Shown: piece by piece, positions 44,111 to 48,016 of the stretch
Numbering within the stretch: position 1 is the stretch's first letter
Layout of the letters: the number at the start of each line of letters is the position of its first letter
IMG/VR virus record: IMGVR_UViG_3300033416_000010
Span: 1 to 48,016 of that record
Length of the DNA: 48,016 bases
DNA from: a virus
Lineage: Duplodnaviria; Caudoviricetes
Direction: 5' to 3' (one strand)
Program-made: the position numbers and the translations under genes
Notes under the pieces: generated by a model
Database searches by the model: none
Seen by the model: the letters and a program-made list of their open reading frames with translations, nothing else
What the model was told of the DNA's origin: nothing

Positions 44111-44295
44111 AACTACGCAAACCAAAGCCGGTCTCATTCCGGGACGTGTCAACCATCGCAATGGTGGCCGGAAAGGAGAAGGAAATCGAAAGGATAATCC
44201 ACAATGGAGTGGTCAAACTGTGGGTGGGAATCGGATGGATCGAAGATCGAATCGCCACCCCCTATGACTACCAAAAGTATCCGGAGGTAAAATGA
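44107..44295 (+). CDS. 62-aa hypothetical protein
   Basis: MKLRKPK...GVVKLWVGIGWI; ATGA overlaps at both ends. Confidence 0.65.
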   Translation: MKLRKPKPVSFRDVSTIAMVAGKEKEIERIIHNGVVKLWVGIGWIEDRIATPYDYQKYPEVK

Positions 44296-45545
44296 AAACC
44301 ACAACCGACTACGCCAACATCCTGGCAAAGCAATCCAAACGCTGGGACCACTGCCTGGCGAAGCTGCTGATGAGGCAGCCCTACTGGGCCACGCTGGTCT
44401 GGGGGCTGGAACACATCGCCGCTCCCGTGGGCACAGCGTGCACGAACGGAAGGCAGTTGTTCTGGGATCCCATGTTCCTGGAGCAGGTCATGACCAAGGA
44501 CGAATGGGTGACGTTCCTCCAGGCGCACGAAGCCTGCCACTGCATGCTGCTCCATCCGCTCAGGTTCAGGAAGGAATGGGACAGGAAGCTGCAACAGATC
44601 GCCGCGGACTACGAGATCAATGCGCTCCTGGTGCAGTCCGGCATGGAGATGCCACCAGATGGGTGCTTCGACCGAAGGTTCAACAACATGGTCTTCGAGC
44701 AGATCTACGCAATCCTGGAGAAGGAGCGGCAGCCGGAGCCTGAGGAGAAGGGCAAGTGCAATGGCAAGTCCAACCAATCCAACGATGGATCAGGAAATGA
44801 ACCAGGAGATGAAGAGGAAGAAGGCGGTGGCAGTCAGCCCTACTCTGAGCCTAACCCGGACAAGCCTGGCGAGAACATCGGCCAGTTCACCGAGGCCCAG
44901 GGTGACGAAGCTATGCAGCGTATCCTCAAGCAGGAGTGGGAGCAGAAGATTGCCCAGGCTGTGGCCATCGCCAAGGCGCAGGGCAGCCTGCCGGCAGGGA
45001 TCGAGAAGCTGGTGGGCGACATCATCAATCCAAAGACTCCCTGGCAGGAGATCCTCCGCAATCTGCTGACCGCCGTGGCGAAGAACGACTACGACTTCAT
45101 GCGCCCTAATCGCAGGTACGCCCACTCTGGGTTCATCCTGCCCTCGCTGCACAGCCAGGGCATGGGCAAAGTCGTGGTCCTGGGTGACTGCTCTGGATCC
45201 ATGTGGGATCTGGTCAACATGGTGATGGGCCACGTCCAGTCCATCCTTCAGACCTGCAAGCCTGAGAAGCTGATCTTCGCTCCATTCGATACCGAGGTTC
45301 ATGACTGGGTGGAGCTGGAGCCTGGAGATGAAGTGCCGAAGAAGGCATACGGTGGAGGAGGTTCCTCCTGCGTCAGCGCATTCGAGCGGGTGAATCAGAT
45401 TCCGGAGCCGCCCGCCGTGGTCATCGTCATCACGGATGGCTGGCTGGATGTGCCAAAGCAGGCGCCCGAGTATCCCGTGATCTGGGCCATGACCACCGAG
45501 CAGAAGATGCCCTGGGGCGACCATGTGAGGATCGAAGAGAAATGA
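44292..45545 (+). CDS. Putative metallopeptidase + vWA-like protein (DUF2201 type)
   Basis: TACTNG, AHEACH (HExxH), IAADYEIN, acidic linker, RPNRRY...LPS, GDCSGSM, FDTEV, GGGGS, ITDG. Confidence 0.88.
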   Translation: MKTTTDYANILAKQSKRWDHCLAKLLMRQPYWATLVWGLEHIAAPVGTACTNGRQLFWDPMFLEQVMTKDEWVTFLQAHEACHCMLLHPLRFRKEWDRKLQQIAADYEINALLVQSGMEMPPDGCFDRRFNNMVFEQIYAILEKERQPEPEEKGKCNGKSNQSNDGSGNEPGDEEEEGGGSQPYSEPNPDKPGENIGQFTEAQGDEAMQRILKQEWEQKIAQAVAIAKAQGSLPAGIEKLVGDIINPKTPWQEILRNLLTAVAKNDYDFMRPNRRYAHSGFILPSLHSQGMGKVVVLGDCSGSMWDLVNMVMGHVQSILQTCKPEKLIFAPFDTEVHDWVELEPGDEVPKKAYGGGGSSCVSAFERVNQIPEPPAVVIVITDGWLDVPKQAPEYPVIWAMTTEQKMPWGDHVRIEEK

Positions 45546-46084
45546 ACAACCTGATTGCAATCAAATGGCACTGCCGTCATCCCATCTATTGGCTGGTTCA
45601 CCGGGAATATCGCATGAGGTTCAACATAAGATTCCGCAGTATGGATCAGGCACTCCAGAGCGCCCGCTATTGGATACGCCGTGGATACATTGCGGAAGTC
45701 TGGTCTTCATTCAGTCTTCAAGAGACAATGCGAAGATTCGTTCCATGGTTTAATAAGCACGGCATGGATTGTCAGAACAAATACATCGCTCGATTCATGC
45801 GGAAGACCATGCGTCGCCCTCGCTTGAGCACCGCAGACCTGATGGCCATGTGCTCCAAGGTAAGGCAAGAGAAGATGGATGCCTTTCAATGGGACACCAT
45901 GATGGTGGACACTCCAAAATGTTACCTGGAAGATAAGACAATAGCACGCACAACTTATATTACAAACGATGAACCTGATAGACCACAACCAACCCGTCGG
46001 ATTCGGAGTCGTCTGGAAAAGAAAGCTGAATCCCAACCCCAGGAAGCGCCGGCAATTGTTTGGAGTGAAGCTGTTCCAGGATGA
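45542..46084 (+). CDS. Hypothetical protein
   Basis: ATGA coupling; 3' end overlaps the next ORF. Confidence 0.55.
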   Translation: MNNLIAIKWHCRHPIYWLVHREYRMRFNIRFRSMDQALQSARYWIRRGYIAEVWSSFSLQETMRRFVPWFNKHGMDCQNKYIARFMRKTMRRPRLSTADLMAMCSKVRQEKMDAFQWDTMMVDTPKCYLEDKTIARTTYITNDEPDRPQPTRRIRSRLEKKAESQPQEAPAIVWSEAVPG

Positions 46085-46445
46085 GCAAGAAGCGAAGCAG
46101 TTTGCCTTGTCGCACCTGAGCGCGCAACCTGGAGACTACTACATAGTCGGCCCTCCAGATCCTGTATCCAGTTCGTACACCAAGCGGGACAGCCGGTTCA
46201 TCGTCTTCAGACTGGGCGACCTCCGATCCCTGGTATCGGGGTACTTCAACATGGAAGCGCAAGACAGAGGCATGGTGCTGTCCCTGCTGAGAAAGAAGTA
46301 CAACGACGCCTTCATTGGCGACGAGCACATGAAGAAGATTGCCTCCATGAATGAATTCCAGCTCTCTGTGTTCATGGCCAGGGAGAATCCATTTCGGTCG
46401 GACGAAGAACAGCCGGCTGAAGTAGCAACCACAACAGACAAATGA
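45969..46445 (+). CDS. Hypothetical protein
   Basis: 158 aa, operon orientation. Confidence 0.6.
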   Translation: MNLIDHNQPVGFGVVWKRKLNPNPRKRRQLFGVKLFQDEQEAKQFALSHLSAQPGDYYIVGPPDPVSSSYTKRDSRFIVFRLGDLRSLVSGYFNMEAQDRGMVLSLLRKKYNDAFIGDEHMKKIASMNEFQLSVFMARENPFRSDEEQPAEVATTTDK

Positions 46446-46455
46446 AAGAGAAAAC

Positions 46456-46728
46456 ATGTACCACCTAGAATGCCCGAAATGCGGAAAGCAGTTTCACAAC
46501 AAAAACAAACTCGGAGTGGAGCAGGCGATCCGCATGCATGACCGCCAGAAGCATGGCACGAAGCACATGCGCGGGAACCCGGGGCTGGGCAGCACGGGAA
46601 AGCCGAAGCGCAAGTGGACGAGGAGGCAGGCGGAAGGCCCGGTCTGTCGCTTCTGCCCGGTTTGCGGTACTCCCATCGCCACCGTGCAGGTCGCCATCCA
46701 AGCGGCACTCAATATTCACAATAAGTAA
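46456..46728 (+). CDS. C2H2-like zinc finger + CxxC protein
   Basis: CPKCGKQF...AIRMHDRQKH and CRFCPVCG. Confidence 0.75.
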   Translation: MYHLECPKCGKQFHNKNKLGVEQAIRMHDRQKHGTKHMRGNPGLGSTGKPKRKWTRRQAEGPVCRFCPVCGTPIATVQVAIQAALNIHNK

Positions 46729-46729
46729 C

Positions 46730-47017
46730 ATGAAACATCAACACAAAGTAAACTTCCTCGCCAATCCCGAGGATCTCGAAGTGCTGGTCCTGGCCCGCTT
46801 GGGTCAGACTACAGCCAGCATCGCAGAACGAACGAAGCTCAGCCCATCGCAGGTACAGTATCGGGTCATCGAAGGCGGTGGGCGATGGTGCCGGAGGGCC
46901 TTCCGCAATGGAGACTGCGTGGAATTCGCCTGGTGCTTGAGTTCGCTCTACCCCAGGGTGAAGGCCAATGAACTGCACAAGATCAAGTCAGCTCTGGGAA
47001 AAAGGATCGCAGCCTGA
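46730..47017 (+). CDS. HTH-like protein
   Basis: From MKHQHK; LGQTTASIAERTKLSPSQVQYR. Confidence 0.65.
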   Translation: MKHQHKVNFLANPEDLEVLVLARLGQTTASIAERTKLSPSQVQYRVIEGGGRWCRRAFRNGDCVEFAWCLSSLYPRVKANELHKIKSALGKRIAA

Positions 47018-47085
47018 GATGATTTTCGTGGCGCCCATCTTTGGATATGTTGATCAGTTCTCATTAATCTAATCAGCATGCCTGA

Positions 47086-47250
47086 TCATGGGCGTCACTG
47101 GACTGTGCCAGCAATACACTTGAATGAGGCCGGAGTGTTTCGCTCCATGAAGCCGACCAAGTTCACCATCATAAAACCCCTGAGTAGAACATGGCCAGGT
47201 TTGTCATCCTGCCGTTCGGGGTTTTATGTGTGTGGCGCAGTCCTCCCCAT
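47086..47250 (+). ncRNA. Structured multi-stem RNA element upstream of the tRNA-like RNA
   Basis: Stems 47100-110/47233-243 and a perfect 11 bp 47170-180/47218-228; GGAGTG-TTT-CGCTCC hairpin. Confidence 0.5.
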
Positions 47251-47374
47251 GAGCGCGTGGCGGAACGCAGACGCCAGCGGCACATCCAAGCCAGCAAGTC
47301 GGCAAGGGTGTAGTGAGAAACCACCAAAGACTTGTGTGGTTGTCATGCAGGTTCGAGTCCTGTCGCGCTCACCA
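47251..47374 (+). tRNA. tRNA-like RNA (Leu-type body, encoded CCA, no canonical anticodon arm; 124 nt)
   Basis: Acceptor GAGCGCG/CGCGCTC-A-CCA; U8-G9; D arm GCG-GAACGCAGA-CGC; T arm GCAGG-TTCGAGT-CCTGT; 72-nt structured central region. Confidence 0.75.
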
Positions 47375-47377
47375 TTT

Positions 47378-47502
47378 CCCAGCCCGCCGGAAGCCGAAGC
47401 GGAGGATGTGATGTTCGTTCGTCACGACATTCGACGATGCTTCAGTGCGCCTTTATCCCGCACCAAGGGCGCCGCTTGGTGACGGAGATGCGGCAGGCTG
47501 GG
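47378..47502 (+). ncRNA. Structured multi-stem element downstream of the tRNA-like RNA
   Basis: CCCAGCC/GGCTGGG closing stem, inner GAAGC/GCTTC and GCGCCTTT/AAGGGCGC stems, followed by TTTCAATTT. Confidence 0.45.
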
Positions 47503-47847
47503 TTTCAATTTGGGCCGAGCATCTGGAACAATCATGTCAGGGTCCTGGCGCATCGCCGGATCACCCGACCAGGCACAGCGATGGGCTCACGCAAGGAAGA
47601 ATCGTGGCCGGTTTCAAAGTAGGGACAGGTGGGGCCGCGGCTCCAGCCGAAACGAAACCCAGTAGCGAGGGCGCCAAGCACAGCCCCATCGCTCAGCACG
47701 AGCATGAGAAAGGACGCCGTCAGAGATCCATGCCCGACTCCGCGCTCCTCTTCGATGGAGGGCTCCACAGTCCTCAATCTCATCGGACGCTACGTTCGGC
47801 ATCGATCTCTTCGCAGATGCCGGCCCATTCAATTTCCCATAAAAGCA

Positions 47848-48000
47848 ATGGATAATCCCATTCGTGGGCTCCTAGAACGAGTGAACGAGGATCCTGGTGT
47901 TTCGCCGGGTCATCCGCTATCAGTTCACTTCTGGTTCCTAGCACGCAACCAGGTCTTGCGCGCGAATAACATCACGCCGCAACCTGGAAGACATCAATGA
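47848..48000 (+). CDS. Hypothetical protein (50 aa); another ORF starts at 47997 and runs off the window
   Basis: MDNPIRGLL after an A-rich leader; ATGA coupling at the end. Confidence 0.45.
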   Translation: MDNPIRGLLERVNEDPGVSPGHPLSVHFWFLARNQVLRANNITPQPGRHQ

Positions 48001-48016
48001 AAGCTGCGATGTTATT

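Noticed and set aside
47275-47292. CAT triplet at an anticodon-like position suggesting tRNA-Met/Ile2
   Set aside because: No complementary anticodon stem (AGCGG vs AAGCC) and no U33.
1-48016. CRISPR array, diversity-generating retroelement, integrase/att, transposase, stop-codon reassignment
   Set aside because: No regularly spaced repeats and no reverse transcriptase, recombinase or transposase motifs seen by eye; genes tile well under the standard code.

Overview
The window is most of a GC-rich tailed dsDNA phage genome, probably podovirus-like; no tape measure, sheath, integrase, DNA polymerase or recognisable endolysin is visible here. The layout has five parts. (i) 1-20022 is a minus-strand virion module: portal, scaffold-like protein, probable major capsid, adaptor fused to a metallophosphatase, Ig/vWA protein, two glycosyltransferases, FN3/Gly-rich fibre, nozzle-like protein, and a tandem beta-helix protein of at least 996 codons that the ORF track missed because it runs off the left edge. 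(ii) 20063-21595 is an inverted terminase large subunit sharing a symmetric promoter with the virion operon. (iii) 24-35 kb holds plus-strand middle genes: secreted proteins and lipoproteins, a Lar-like protein, a methyltransferase, a B12 radical SAM enzyme, an HNH-like protein and a primase-helicase, followed by an iteron-like repeat field. (iv) About 35.0-35.75 kb is non-coding and resembles a terminus or packaging region. (v) 35.75-48 kb holds early-type small genes, a DUF3150-like/MoxR-AAA/metallopeptidase-vWA triad, and two long structured non-coding regions, one containing a CCA-ended tRNA-like RNA without a canonical anticodon arm. A Verrucomicrobiota host is inferred, unverified, from TN-rich secreted proteins and an STNL-x2-W C-terminal domain. 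The strongest novelty candidates are the signal-peptide-bearing TN-rich tailspike-like protein in a Cys-rich, glycosyltransferase-containing virion module, the tRNA-like RNA and large ncRNA candidates, and the adaptor-phosphatase fusion. All calls come from manual motif reading; no searches were run.
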